From a virus (Duplodnaviria; Caudoviricetes), in IMG/VR virus record IMGVR_UViG_3300031992_000007, positions 160,001-224,000 of that record: a stretch of 64,000 nucleotides of DNA; one strand, given 5' to 3'. Position 1 is the first letter of the stretch; each line of letters begins with the position of its first letter. The notes beneath the pieces are model-generated. The model was not told the origin of the DNA. It searched no databases and saw only the letters and a program-made list of their open reading frames with translations. The position numbers were made by a program, and so were the translations under genes. Shown here piece by piece: positions 10,153 through 19,521 of the stretch.

Positions 10153-11730
10153 TCACGAGCCAGCGGGTGCATTATTGACCACAATGCCTTCTGTATCATC
10201 CATACCTCTGAACTCTCTGTACACCCTAGACAGACGCTTGAGAATGCTGAACCTTTCCTCAGCATGCGCAACTTGACGAGATATACAATCATCGCATTTA
10301 TCGATGTAGTGCATCTCGATACCATCGGCACGACGAAGACGTCCAAACACTTGTTCTATCAAAGGCGCTGAAGCGACGGACACTGTATTGTACAGGGTTA
10401 TAAGCCCGCGTAAGTCCAAGCCCGTTCCACTCTTACCTGGATTGGAGACGATGATGTCACTCTTCTTCAGGATATCGTTTTCACTACCACCAATGTACTC
10501 GTTGATAGAAAGATCTGGATAAAGCTTTCTCAACTGTTTGACCACTTTGTTGATGAACTCGATGGTTGAACAGATAATCAGCATCTTGTGTCCAGCACCT
10601 TCTTTACGACGGTTGATGAAGTGTGCGTTGATGATAGGTACGAAAATGGTTTGGATGTGATAGTTGCACTTCTGTTCGCTGATAAGTAATTCCTTCTCGT
10701 ACAGTGCGTGCATGTAACCTTTCTTACGACAGCATCTTTCTTCTCTAACCTCACCGTAATAGTGGTAGACGAAGGTAGATACGTATCGATCGTAGGCATC
10801 CATGCCGTACTGAATAGATTCGGGGAACACTCTCTTGAATATCTGTCTAGCAACCCTCTCATTCTGAGTAAAGGTAGCCGAACAGTACAAGTCATAAGGA
10901 ACATTGAGTGCAAGGTCCATCATGGTGTTGGCATGGAACTTCAGATGACACTCATCAACGATCTTAACACCGATTCCATAAGTCTGGAAGAACTTAGAGA
11001 ATGTCCAAGGTAGCAAATCGTAGTCATTGTCACCATTGCAGAAGATCTGCATCGTGCGATGAGAAGCAACGAACATCGCTGGTTTGTACTCTGGATGTTG
11101 AGCTAGTTTAGCCAACGAGTCGAACCCTTCGATCTTGTAGATCTCATCCGACGTTATGTCTGTCTGTTCCCTGATGCTGTCCATCCACTGATCGGTAAGA
11201 CCTCCCACGATGACTATTCCCGCATAACCTAAGTTGACCCAGGACTTGGTGGCACAGTAGGTCTTACCCTTGCCTGTCTGCATAGCAAGACCCTTCATCC
11301 CAGGGACTCTTTCGGAACATTTCTCGATCAACCGGACTTGGTGCGGACGATCAGTGAACTTGGAGTTCATCTTGACATCGATCTTCCTGAGTTCGTAGTC
11401 AGGCAACCTCAAATTCTCAATGACACATCCGAAATCCTCTAGGAGCTTCTGTACGTCATTAGCATAGCAAATAGGAATAATAAGTCTCTGAAGGTCTGTG
11501 TTGTACTTTCCATAGAACCTCTTGTATTCCCAATGTGCATACTCGAACACCAGACGTTTAAGCTCCTTGTTCCATCTCTTACCAGTGGGGATGTACTCCT
11601 TTTCATACAGAGTACTTCTACACCAGTCTCCAACTGCTGTACTGAACGTGGTCTTGCCTATGAGCTGTATCTCAGCGTGGGTATACCCACGGTAGAACGG
11701 GATCTTGGGCCTCAACTCGACCATGGGCAT
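10153..11730 (-). CDS. SF2 (DExH) helicase, phiKZ gp75-like
   Basis: Q motif RPHQ, Walker A MQTGKGKT, Walker B DECH, motif III SAT and motif VI QVFGRLRR; lies downstream of the nvRNAP beta' C-terminal subunit as in phiKZ. Confidence 0.9.
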   Translation of the reverse strand: MPMVELRPKIPFYRGYTHAEIQLIGKTTFSTAVGDWCRSTLYEKEYIPTGKRWNKELKRLVFEYAHWEYKRFYGKYNTDLQRLIIPICYANDVQKLLEDFGCVIENLRLPDYELRKIDVKMNSKFTDRPHQVRLIEKCSERVPGMKGLAMQTGKGKTYCATKSWVNLGYAGIVIVGGLTDQWMDSIREQTDITSDEIYKIEGFDSLAKLAQHPEYKPAMFVASHRTMQIFCNGDNDYDLLPWTFSKFFQTYGIGVKIVDECHLKFHANTMMDLALNVPYDLYCSATFTQNERVARQIFKRVFPESIQYGMDAYDRYVSTFVYHYYGEVREERCCRKKGYMHALYEKELLISEQKCNYHIQTIFVPIINAHFINRRKEGAGHKMLIICSTIEFINKVVKQLRKLYPDLSINEYIGGSENDILKKSDIIVSNPGKSGTGLDLRGLITLYNTVSVASAPLIEQVFGRLRRADGIEMHYIDKCDDCISRQVAHAEERFSILKRLSRVYREFRGMDDTEGIVVNNAPAGS

Positions 11731-11739
11731 ACCTCCTTT

Positions 11740-12357
11740 CTAAGTATTGAAGATCTCAGATTTCACTCTGTTCGCTTCACTGCGTTCGTCTTCACCAATA
11801 ACCCAACTGCCTCGTAATTCTCCCTTTTTGAAATGTGGACAGAATTGCATTGCATAGATTAGATGACAAGGACATTCAGTGCGTCCGCTATTTTGGCAAT
11901 GACACCAGTGGTGTTTACCATAGTCGGAATATTCCCAATGTGCACACACGTAAACACGTGTTTTATCTTCCATCGAAGGATTAGGTATTAGACCAGCCAT
12001 GAGCCTGCATTTCTCTGCATCTACCTTCTCAGGAGCTTGCATCTTCTTGAACTCTTCCTCACTGTTGCCAGTAAGAGTTTGATAAAATGGGAAGTGATTG
12101 TGTGCACAGTACATGGCAGCTTCGTATACACAAAGATGCTTGTCGCTGTACGCACGAGTCGTGTAATCTATAGGTGAGGTGATGTGAAGCTTGTAAGTAG
12201 GTTTTCCATTCTCTATTCCGTTCTTGAAATACTTTCGACTTGTTCCGGGGTAGTTCTCAAGAAAATAATTGACCACAGTATCTTCAGTCTGAATAAGACC
12301 CATCGGATCATGTTCGAAGGCCTTATGAAGTTGTTCACAGATACGTTCAAAAGTCAT
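11740..12357 (-). CDS. Hypothetical protein with Cys/His-rich C-terminus (putative Zn-binding)
   Basis: Start revised to ATG 12357 (AAGGAG RBS); C-terminal CAHW...HHWCHC...CPCH...CPHF. Confidence 0.65.
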   Translation of the reverse strand: MTFERICEQLHKAFEHDPMGLIQTEDTVVNYFLENYPGTSRKYFKNGIENGKPTYKLHITSPIDYTTRAYSDKHLCVYEAAMYCAHNHFPFYQTLTGNSEEEFKKMQAPEKVDAEKCRLMAGLIPNPSMEDKTRVYVCAHWEYSDYGKHHWCHCQNSGRTECPCHLIYAMQFCPHFKKGELRGSWVIGEDERSEANRVKSEIFNT

Positions 12358-12436
12358 GTTGAAGTGTCTCCTTTGTGTTAATGATACCACCCTGGGGTTA
12401 CCAGGGTGGATCTGTAGTTCTCTTTGAGATACATCA

Positions 12437-14461
12437 TTAGATAACCCTCGAGAAACCGAACAAGACATCATAATACCCATAGCCTGACCCAATACAATCC
12501 AAAGTTGGCAATGGATCCCTCATGAAGTCTTTGATGCCCTGGAATGCCAACTTGGTTGACAGAGCAGCATCGGAGATCACGTCAGACAGTCCATTGAACT
12601 TGACTGGAGTCTTGAGATCGGTCAAGATAGGAACGCCAACCTCTCCTTCATTGGGAGCCAAGAAGCAACGCAGCAGAACTTCGATAGCGAAGATGCTTAC
12701 GTCGGACTTGGTGTAAACCAATTCAGAGAAGTCACGCAGACATGCGGCGATGTTGGTGTAGGTACGGATGCCACCTTTGTCGGCCCCCATCAGGAACTTC
12801 TCAACTCGATTCACATAGCTCACCATATCGTCATTGGTAGACGTATAGAGGAACATCGGAAGATCGAAGTCGAAGTCGTCCATCGGGATGTCGATATAGT
12901 CGGCATCTGCAGCTATTTCCTTGTAGTGTTTCCTGAGGTATTCCATCGCATACATCGAGAAATACGGGAAGGTTGTCCCGTCGTTCATCTCGAGTAGTTC
13001 AATGACCTCGTTCTTGGGACTGACTATAGCGATCCTTGAGATGCGGGAGAAGTTGCTACCAGAAGGAAGAACTGCTCGTGTAAGATCGTTCAGCGGACCT
13101 AGCAGGTTGCTGTTCTCGATCCTGATCTTACATTTCTTAATACCCTTGGCTGCACCCTCCTGCCACATGATCGCGTCACCCGATCTCAGGAAGAACTTCA
13201 TCGTACGATCAGGTAGGTTGAACTCTTTGGAAGAAGTCTTGATCAGATGCTTCGCTGACAGGATCTTCTGAGTAACAGAAGACACCACCAAAGTTGCATA
13301 GTTGACACCTGGATGGATATCGGTTGGAAGATAGGCGCTGAGTTTCTGGTGCATGTAACCGGCACAGTGTTCACAGAACCCATCCTTGTGACGACACCCG
13401 AATACAGTCCACATTTGAACTGGACGTTCTACGAACAAGTCGATGTTGTCCTTGGTGATCTCAATGCTGTCATCCTCTGGATACTGCGGCCATTTCCTCT
13501 GAGCAAGTAGGTGTTTCGTGGTTTCGTCCACTCTCACGAACTTGCCGAGATAGTTGTACTTGTGTCCGTTCGGGATGATCACTTCCAGAGTGACATCGGA
13601 ACCACAGCTTCCTTTGTGCAGCACATGCATCTCTGTAGATGCGAGCTTGACTCGACGAGCGAAGTACTGTGCATCCTGAATAACTGCAGAGTTGAAATAC
13701 TCGGCCTTTTTGGCAGACAATGCCTCGATAGCGAAGTCTTCAGCACTCTTCAGTCCAGACATAGCAGACTCACTGATCGCATGTTTCATCATCTTATCGT
13801 CGATGTCGGAACGAGTGCCGTAGGCGTATAGCATCTGGGGCACCTGGTTTCGATTGAACAGCTTGGTACGCATGAACTTCTTGAGTTGATTATTCTCAAG
13901 TTGATCTCCAGCGATAAGAGCCATCATCTCTTTGGAGTCTCTCGCGAACTGTTGCTCGGCAACTTTGGAACCATGAGATGTGTCGATCTTCCTTGCAAGT
14001 ACTTCCTTGAGAGGAGACTGTGCACATAGTCCGGCAACACTCAGTATATCCAGTGACACCTGATACTGTCTTGTGTAGAAGTCGGCGAACGAAGAGAATC
14101 GATTGATAGCCAACCACACCTGAGCAACTGCTTCCATGTGATCGGGTATTCGATGGAATAGGATCAACTCATTGTAGATGGCGTTGGTGCAACGAGTCAC
14201 AGTGTCCGACGTGAAGCTGTAAGAAGCTTTGCCGGTCTCCTTATCCACAGACCTGTCTAGGAAGAATATACGATCTTTTGTGATCGGGATGTTGAAGTGC
14301 AGATATATTGGCCAGAGCAAGCTGTTCAGAACACATAATTGTGTAGGCAGCTTAGCGTGGCCATCGGCCAGCTGAATATCGACCTCTCCTTTTTCTCCGG
14401 CATACTTCTCAATGAACTTTGGTGACGCCACTTGCTCGGCAGTCATTTTTAGTTGTAGCAT
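12437..14461 (-). CDS. Non-virion RNA polymerase beta' subunit, C-terminal part (phiKZ gp74-like)
   Basis: Bridge-helix-like AQYFARRVKL, Zn-site Cys (SCGS, CRHKDGFCEHCAG) and trigger-loop-like TQKILSAKH; synteny with the beta C-terminal subunit and helicase. Confidence 0.88.
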   Translation of the reverse strand: MLQLKMTAEQVASPKFIEKYAGEKGEVDIQLADGHAKLPTQLCVLNSLLWPIYLHFNIPITKDRIFFLDRSVDKETGKASYSFTSDTVTRCTNAIYNELILFHRIPDHMEAVAQVWLAINRFSSFADFYTRQYQVSLDILSVAGLCAQSPLKEVLARKIDTSHGSKVAEQQFARDSKEMMALIAGDQLENNQLKKFMRTKLFNRNQVPQMLYAYGTRSDIDDKMMKHAISESAMSGLKSAEDFAIEALSAKKAEYFNSAVIQDAQYFARRVKLASTEMHVLHKGSCGSDVTLEVIIPNGHKYNYLGKFVRVDETTKHLLAQRKWPQYPEDDSIEITKDNIDLFVERPVQMWTVFGCRHKDGFCEHCAGYMHQKLSAYLPTDIHPGVNYATLVVSSVTQKILSAKHLIKTSSKEFNLPDRTMKFFLRSGDAIMWQEGAAKGIKKCKIRIENSNLLGPLNDLTRAVLPSGSNFSRISRIAIVSPKNEVIELLEMNDGTTFPYFSMYAMEYLRKHYKEIAADADYIDIPMDDFDFDLPMFLYTSTNDDMVSYVNRVEKFLMGADKGGIRTYTNIAACLRDFSELVYTKSDVSIFAIEVLLRCFLAPNEGEVGVPILTDLKTPVKFNGLSDVISDAALSTKLAFQGIKDFMRDPLPTLDCIGSGYGYYDVLFGFSRVI

Positions 14462-14520
14462 GCGTGTTCCTTTCGTTAAAGGGTTAGTTATAACTTAGAG
14501 CTGAAATGTAATTAATAAAC

Positions 14521-14548
14521 CTCTGTGGACCACTAAGGGCCCACAGAG
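14521..14548 (-). terminator. Hairpin between nvRNAP genes
   Basis: ctctgtgg...ccacagag inverted repeat followed by a T-rich stretch on the minus strand. Confidence 0.5.
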
Positions 14549-14559
14549 ATCTATCAGAC

Positions 14560-16719
14560 CTATGCGTCTTTCGGTGCAACACACGAATACCCAACGACAG
14601 AGCACATGTGATTGAACATGGCGATGTTCTGGTTCATCTTCAGCACCTCTTGAGTGTGCATCGGAATACCCAGGAACTGCGTCGGGTGAGGATCTGTCAA
14701 TAGACTCTTGCCCAGCTTAGAAATGATCTCCGGAGCCGAGCTATGCAAGGCATAGAACCTCGCTAGAGTAAGGTCTCTGATCGACATCGAGAGAATACAT
14801 GTTTCATCCTCGCCGAACTTCATTGGTGTGAGGCCCATGATAGCTTGTGACTTGACATGTTTGCTCTTCGGTTTGATCGGGAGTCGGAACTGCGACACAT
14901 AACCCAACTCGATAGCACTCAGCTGACTGGCAGGGAGTTTGCCCAGCACCATCATGTATTTGCTACCGATATAGGTCTTGGTCTTTGTCACGATAGTCCT
15001 TTTTCCACCTGTTTTTGGATCAGGAACATTGTAGCGCAAGTGCGTCTGACGCACTCCATACTTCTTGGCTATCTCCACCAGCTGTTCTGATGTTTGAGAT
15101 TCGCGGAAGCCATTGATCAGATACAGTCCATCGTTCAGACAGCACTCGGTGAAAGCCATCCTGTCGTTGTCTGTCGGCAGAGACTCACACACGAACTGTG
15201 CATACGCTGGCCGGAAGTCGTGGAAGAACTCGATGATGTAAGCGAACGCTTCTTTCCAATGTTGCCGGAAATCCATATTCGACACCCAGTCTTCCTTACC
15301 TTGATGGTTTTGCCAACCACCCAACCAACGATCTTTGACGGTCCTGATCACCATAACTCCAGCTCTGTTCCAGAACGCCTCCAACCACTGGGAAGGATTC
15401 ATTCGGTTAATGACTGAAGCAGGTGTCATGATGATATCAGCACGAACTCCGTCTTCATCTACAGGCATATCGGCTGCAGGACGGATTTCACTGACAACTC
15501 CTTTGCCTCCACTCCTATCGGTCAATTTCGAACCGAGTGTTAGCTTCCTCTTGTACGCATAGGTTATGATCACCACCATGAACTCAACTGGTTCACGAGC
15601 GTCGAAGAGTTGACCTGGTTTCTTGATGTACTCTTTGCTTCCGCTGAGCATGGCAGAACGAACAACCTGAGTATGGAACTCAGGAGAACACGGAAGACCT
15701 TCGCCATCCTTGGAGCACAACTGTTTATATGCCTGCAGGATAGTCTTCTCCTGATAACGGTGCTGATCCCGTATCTCGAAGAATTGTTTGTACTTTGTCG
15801 TGTCCTGGTTCTTAAGTCTCTTCTCAGCATCAGGACTGATGTACACATCCACGTCGACGATCTCAGCTCCAGCTGGAGCACGATGAACTTCGTCATGAAA
15901 GTGCTCGATGTTCCTAAGGTTGCTTGGAGAAGCATCTGTGTGGATGGTGCTCCTGTTCACAGACCTTAAAGCCAGTAATGCCCCATCCCAACGAACTTGT
16001 TCACCTATACCTGGGAAGCACTTATACTCTCCCTCATTACCATAAAGGTTGAGAGGTTGAGCATCATAGTCGATCGTGAGCTTGACTTGCTGAATGGCCG
16101 TGCTCTCACACTTCTTGGCAAACTCATCGCTCACCACGAAAGCGTCTTCAGTTGTACCCCAGTCACCGAGCCATACGACATTGGCGTTTACGCCAGCCAT
16201 GTATCGATTCCCCTTGTGAGAAGGAGATGTGGTAAGCTTGGTTCCTTTCGGGATCAAACTACCTTCGTACATCATGTCGTTATTGAACGCTAGCATCTGG
16301 TTCATGTAGCCGTAACCGTCATGAACCATCGTGTACCGACTCACATCGCAACAATGAACTTGTCGATCGTCTGCTCCAACATAGAGAACTTTCCAGCTTG
16401 GAATATACTTGGCTATCTCGGTGTAGTGAATCGGATCGAACTTGGGAATGATCCTTCGAATAAGACTGTCCTGAGAGATACGGCACGTGCTGAACTCATA
16501 CTTACCGAAGAGTTTCTCGTAACCAGTCATGATGCGAGGTTGCTCAGGGGTAGATAAGTTCATTCTTTGCGTGAAGTGAGACGCTGACATCATGAGCCTC
16601 TGACAGCTTGCATGTTGAATGAATGGGTTCAACAGTGTAGTGCCAGATATATACTCCGGCCGACAGATTAGGTCGGACGAGAGTGTATTCTGCATGAATT
16701 GCTTTACTGGTTTTGTCAT
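14560..16719 (-). CDS. Non-virion RNA polymerase beta subunit, C-terminal part (phiKZ gp71-73-like), uninterrupted
   Basis: RpoB motifs TEDAFVVS, GSKLTDRSGGKGVVS, DMPVDEDGVRADIIMTPASVINRMN and KFGEDE. Confidence 0.93.
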   Translation of the reverse strand: MTKPVKQFMQNTLSSDLICRPEYISGTTLLNPFIQHASCQRLMMSASHFTQRMNLSTPEQPRIMTGYEKLFGKYEFSTCRISQDSLIRRIIPKFDPIHYTEIAKYIPSWKVLYVGADDRQVHCCDVSRYTMVHDGYGYMNQMLAFNNDMMYEGSLIPKGTKLTTSPSHKGNRYMAGVNANVVWLGDWGTTEDAFVVSDEFAKKCESTAIQQVKLTIDYDAQPLNLYGNEGEYKCFPGIGEQVRWDGALLALRSVNRSTIHTDASPSNLRNIEHFHDEVHRAPAGAEIVDVDVYISPDAEKRLKNQDTTKYKQFFEIRDQHRYQEKTILQAYKQLCSKDGEGLPCSPEFHTQVVRSAMLSGSKEYIKKPGQLFDAREPVEFMVVIITYAYKRKLTLGSKLTDRSGGKGVVSEIRPAADMPVDEDGVRADIIMTPASVINRMNPSQWLEAFWNRAGVMVIRTVKDRWLGGWQNHQGKEDWVSNMDFRQHWKEAFAYIIEFFHDFRPAYAQFVCESLPTDNDRMAFTECCLNDGLYLINGFRESQTSEQLVEIAKKYGVRQTHLRYNVPDPKTGGKRTIVTKTKTYIGSKYMMVLGKLPASQLSAIELGYVSQFRLPIKPKSKHVKSQAIMGLTPMKFGEDETCILSMSIRDLTLARFYALHSSAPEIISKLGKSLLTDPHPTQFLGIPMHTQEVLKMNQNIAMFNHMCSVVGYSCVAPKDA

Positions 16720-17481
16720 TTACTTAACTCCTCTCGCGGTTTTAAGTGCTTTGAACTCTACTTCAGCTTCAGCTATTTTGGCTTTGACTGCCTCAATCTG
16801 CTCGGCTGGAGCATTGGTAGAAATCAAACGTTCTAGTGTCTTACGACCATTTAGGGCTCTCATGTAAGCCTTACGTTCTTCCCGATGCTGTTTAAGATAG
16901 ACCGCATTCCTTTGTTTGCGTTCTTCTTTATGGGATTCTTCATACCTCTTTAATGTAGACTGGACTTTTGACTTGTTCTGTACGTAGTATTCCTTTTGAC
17001 GAGCAGAAATTTCTTCTTTGTGTTCCTCACGGTATTCTCTGTCTTTAGCCAGGCATTGTTCACGGTGAGTCGCGTAGTACTTACGAGAGTGTGTAGCATG
17101 TGCTTCTTTGTGTTCTTGTCTGTACTCCGCTTGACGGATGCGGACATTCGGGTCTACCTTGCGACGTTGACGTTCACGTGCATTTATTTGGTCACGGTGT
17201 GTCCTACCGTATTCCGCAGCAAGTGCACGAGCCTTTATAACATCAGGATCTGTCGAATCTACAGGGTCTATACCCATGAGTTTCATCGACTTATGAAGCT
17301 TAACGTGATCTGACACGCTCATTAATATCAAATTATCCGGATCGTTATTGTGACCATTACCATCGATGTGATGGATCACATATCCCTTAGGAATTTTCAT
17401 CCCATGAGTTCGTTCCCACACAACACGATGTTCGCGGACGATATTCCCATCGTCATCTATAGTCTGATCATATCGAGCCAT
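16720..17481 (-). CDS. Free-standing HNH homing endonuclease
   Basis: HRVVWERTHG...VIHHIDGNGHNNDPDNL..SDHVKLH (HNH_3 type), then charged helical repeats. Start revised to ATG 17481 (AAGGAG). More AT-rich than its neighbours. Confidence 0.85.
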   Translation of the reverse strand: MARYDQTIDDDGNIVREHRVVWERTHGMKIPKGYVIHHIDGNGHNNDPDNLILMSVSDHVKLHKSMKLMGIDPVDSTDPDVIKARALAAEYGRTHRDQINARERQRRKVDPNVRIRQAEYRQEHKEAHATHSRKYYATHREQCLAKDREYREEHKEEISARQKEYYVQNKSKVQSTLKRYEESHKEERKQRNAVYLKQHREERKAYMRALNGRKTLERLISTNAPAEQIEAVKAKIAEAEVEFKALKTARGVK

Positions 17482-17560
17482 ATTACCATCTCCTTGAAAT
17501 GTAAAATGTAATAGGACGGCCAGAGCACATTGTATGCAAGGTTTCCTAGTTACCATAAAG

Positions 17561-17568
17561 GTAATATA
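17561..17568 (-). promoter_or_regulatory. phiKZ-type early promoter TATATTAC
   Basis: Exact match upstream of the HNH/nvRNAP beta genes. Confidence 0.7.
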
Positions 17569-17595
17569 TGCTTAACTTTCTGAAGGGAATTTATC

Positions 17596-17961
17596 ATGGA
17601 AGAGAACCAGAGACTGTCTGAACGTATGCACAGTGCGTTTCCGCTCTATGGACCTGGAGATCCACTGTGGGATCAATTTGTCCGAGATCACAAAGAGTGG
17701 CTGAAGAAACAATGCATTCTCAAAAAGTTCAAACCAGAGGAACTCCTTCAGTATCGGTTTCTACCAGCTGAGTTCTTCGTTAGCCAAGAGGGGCAGTTCC
17801 CTGCCACTTGGATTTTCATGTTGGTTAATGGCATTGCCTCACCTATGGAGTTTAACGAAAGTAGAACTCAGTGGTATATCCCGCCACCGGAGATTATAGC
17901 TGAGCTGTACAGCCAGTATGTCTCCTGTACAAGGTCGACTGACATGGAAGACGTTGTTTGA
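17596..17961 (+). CDS. Small phiKZ-like protein, possibly baseplate wedge/LysM-like (121 aa)
   Basis: RBS present; motif Y.F.P..F.......W....VNGI.SPMEF.......IP resembles wedge-type proteins. Confidence 0.55.
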   Translation: MEENQRLSERMHSAFPLYGPGDPLWDQFVRDHKEWLKKQCILKKFKPEELLQYRFLPAEFFVSQEGQFPATWIFMLVNGIASPMEFNESRTQWYIPPPEIIAELYSQYVSCTRSTDMEDVV

Positions 17962-17964
17962 CCA

Positions 17965-18483
17965 TCACTGCATACCTTCAGCAACAGCACCAGCTGCTGC
18001 GATCTGTTTGAGGCGGATGAACTCCTTCTGATAGAGTTTGCTGCCGATAATGAAGATCAGCAGTTCCGGGTTCTCTCTGAGGGTAGCTGTCACTTTCTGT
18101 AATACGACTTTATCCTTATCGGTTTTGTTAAACACCTTGCCTACGGCAGTGATGCCGTGGGCGGTGTTGTTTATTAGAGCGTCCATGAACTCCACTCCAA
18201 GGATAGAGTAAAGATCAGTCAACACTCCGTGACAACGAGCGACGATAAAGTTGTTCGCATCGTTACGCAGTCTCCGGATTTGATTGGTTATCTGGAGACG
18301 GACCTTTTCCTGAACAAGGGTTGAATAGTCAGAGGTGAACAGAACCTGGGCTGTGCTCCCAGAGTTGAACAAAAGGTCGTCCTTGTTAAGGACGTTAATC
18401 GAAAGCTCACGCTCGAAGAACGCGGTTATAAGTGAACACGCGTACTCGTATCGAGCGACGTAATCAGATTCAAGTTTTTTCAT
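17965..18483 (-). CDS. Hypothetical protein (172 aa)
   Basis: AAGGAG RBS, downstream of the spike gene. Confidence 0.7.
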   Translation of the reverse strand: MKKLESDYVARYEYACSLITAFFERELSINVLNKDDLLFNSGSTAQVLFTSDYSTLVQEKVRLQITNQIRRLRNDANNFIVARCHGVLTDLYSILGVEFMDALINNTAHGITAVGKVFNKTDKDKVVLQKVTATLRENPELLIFIIGSKLYQKEFIRLKQIAAAGAVAEGMQ

Positions 18484-18491
18484 AAGTCTCC

Positions 18492-19439
18492 TTACCAGCA
18501 GGCTAGAGGATCAGGACAGGTGTGTCCAGACATACCATTCACGATTGTACCGCCACCAAGAATCATACTTCCATTCCAGTTAAGGTTACCTTCACGAAGT
18601 ATAGACGGTGCTGTTAGAGAATGAGTCACAGTCTCTTCAGTTATACTAGCTCCCATCACTTTAGAGTAAGTGGTTCCATCTATGGTCTGTGTTGGAGCTG
18701 AGCGACTGTAGGAAGTCCCTGCTTTAACCACGATGTTTTTACCTGCTTCCATGGTTATCGTATCTCGACAGTTGATGAAGATATTTTCCTTATCAAGGAT
18801 CACATTACTGTCATCAACGTTGTGCAAGTGCCATTTATGCTCACAAGTCCACAGATGCAAGAAATTACCTTTGCAGTCGTGGAAGACCATCTCACCTTTT
18901 TCTGGCCAGATGTACCAGTCGTATCCAACTCGTTCTCCGTCTGCTTTGGATGTGTGAAGATGAACTTGTTTAGAACCTTTGTTGGTATTGATATCAAGGA
19001 AGTACGAGTTCGTGTCCATTACCTCTTTGTAGGATTCTGGAACAACTGAACTCGGCTGAGCCATTGCGAACCAACGAATGCGCTCGTGTAGACGCAAGCT
19101 TGGGTCTCTTCCAAGTGGTAGCCAGTACATCTGTTCGTTACCCGCGTAGTTCAGGACGCGCACACGTTCACCTTTGTGTATGCAAGGGACAATAGAGTTA
19201 GGCTGACCGAGATAAGTGCAAGTAACAGTTCTCTTGATATGAATCATGTGACACCCACCAGGGCACTGCCACATAAACGGAACACCGACCTTTTGATCTA
19301 TGACCTTGCCTGGACATCCTTGAATGTCCGGAATGAACTCCGGAATGTAGACGTCGATGTTCAATGTTTCGCCGTCGGTAATAGTAGTGTTAGATGTTCC
19401 AACCCACTCTGCCCACGGTGATGATACTGGTACTTCCAT
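18492..19439 (-). CDS. Baseplate central spike / tail-tip protein, phiKZ gp164-like
   Basis: OB-fold-like N-terminus (PCIHKGERVRV...YWLPLGRDPSLRLHE), HLHTSKADGE, and a C-terminal run of short beta-strand repeats. Start revised to 19439 (GGAGG). Confidence 0.7.
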   Translation of the reverse strand: MEVPVSSPWAEWVGTSNTTITDGETLNIDVYIPEFIPDIQGCPGKVIDQKVGVPFMWQCPGGCHMIHIKRTVTCTYLGQPNSIVPCIHKGERVRVLNYAGNEQMYWLPLGRDPSLRLHERIRWFAMAQPSSVVPESYKEVMDTNSYFLDINTNKGSKQVHLHTSKADGERVGYDWYIWPEKGEMVFHDCKGNFLHLWTCEHKWHLHNVDDSNVILDKENIFINCRDTITMEAGKNIVVKAGTSYSRSAPTQTIDGTTYSKVMGASITEETVTHSLTAPSILREGNLNWNGSMILGGGTIVNGMSGHTCPDPLACW

Positions 19440-19449
19440 AGTTACCTCC

Positions 19450-19496
19450 AAAAAATAAAACCCAGGGACTGAGCCGTTGTGGCTCGGTCTCCTGGG
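19450..19496 (-). terminator. Rho-independent terminator
   Basis: cccagggactgagcc / ggctcggtctcctggg stem followed by a T-tract on the minus strand. Confidence 0.7.
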
Positions 19497-19521
19497 TCTT
19501 CTGCACGCTTAGTGTGCCGCG

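Noticed and set aside
14560-16719. Possible intron or intein in the nvRNAP subunits, as in phiKZ
   Set aside because: All RNAP ORFs are continuous, of expected size and without intein-like insertions.
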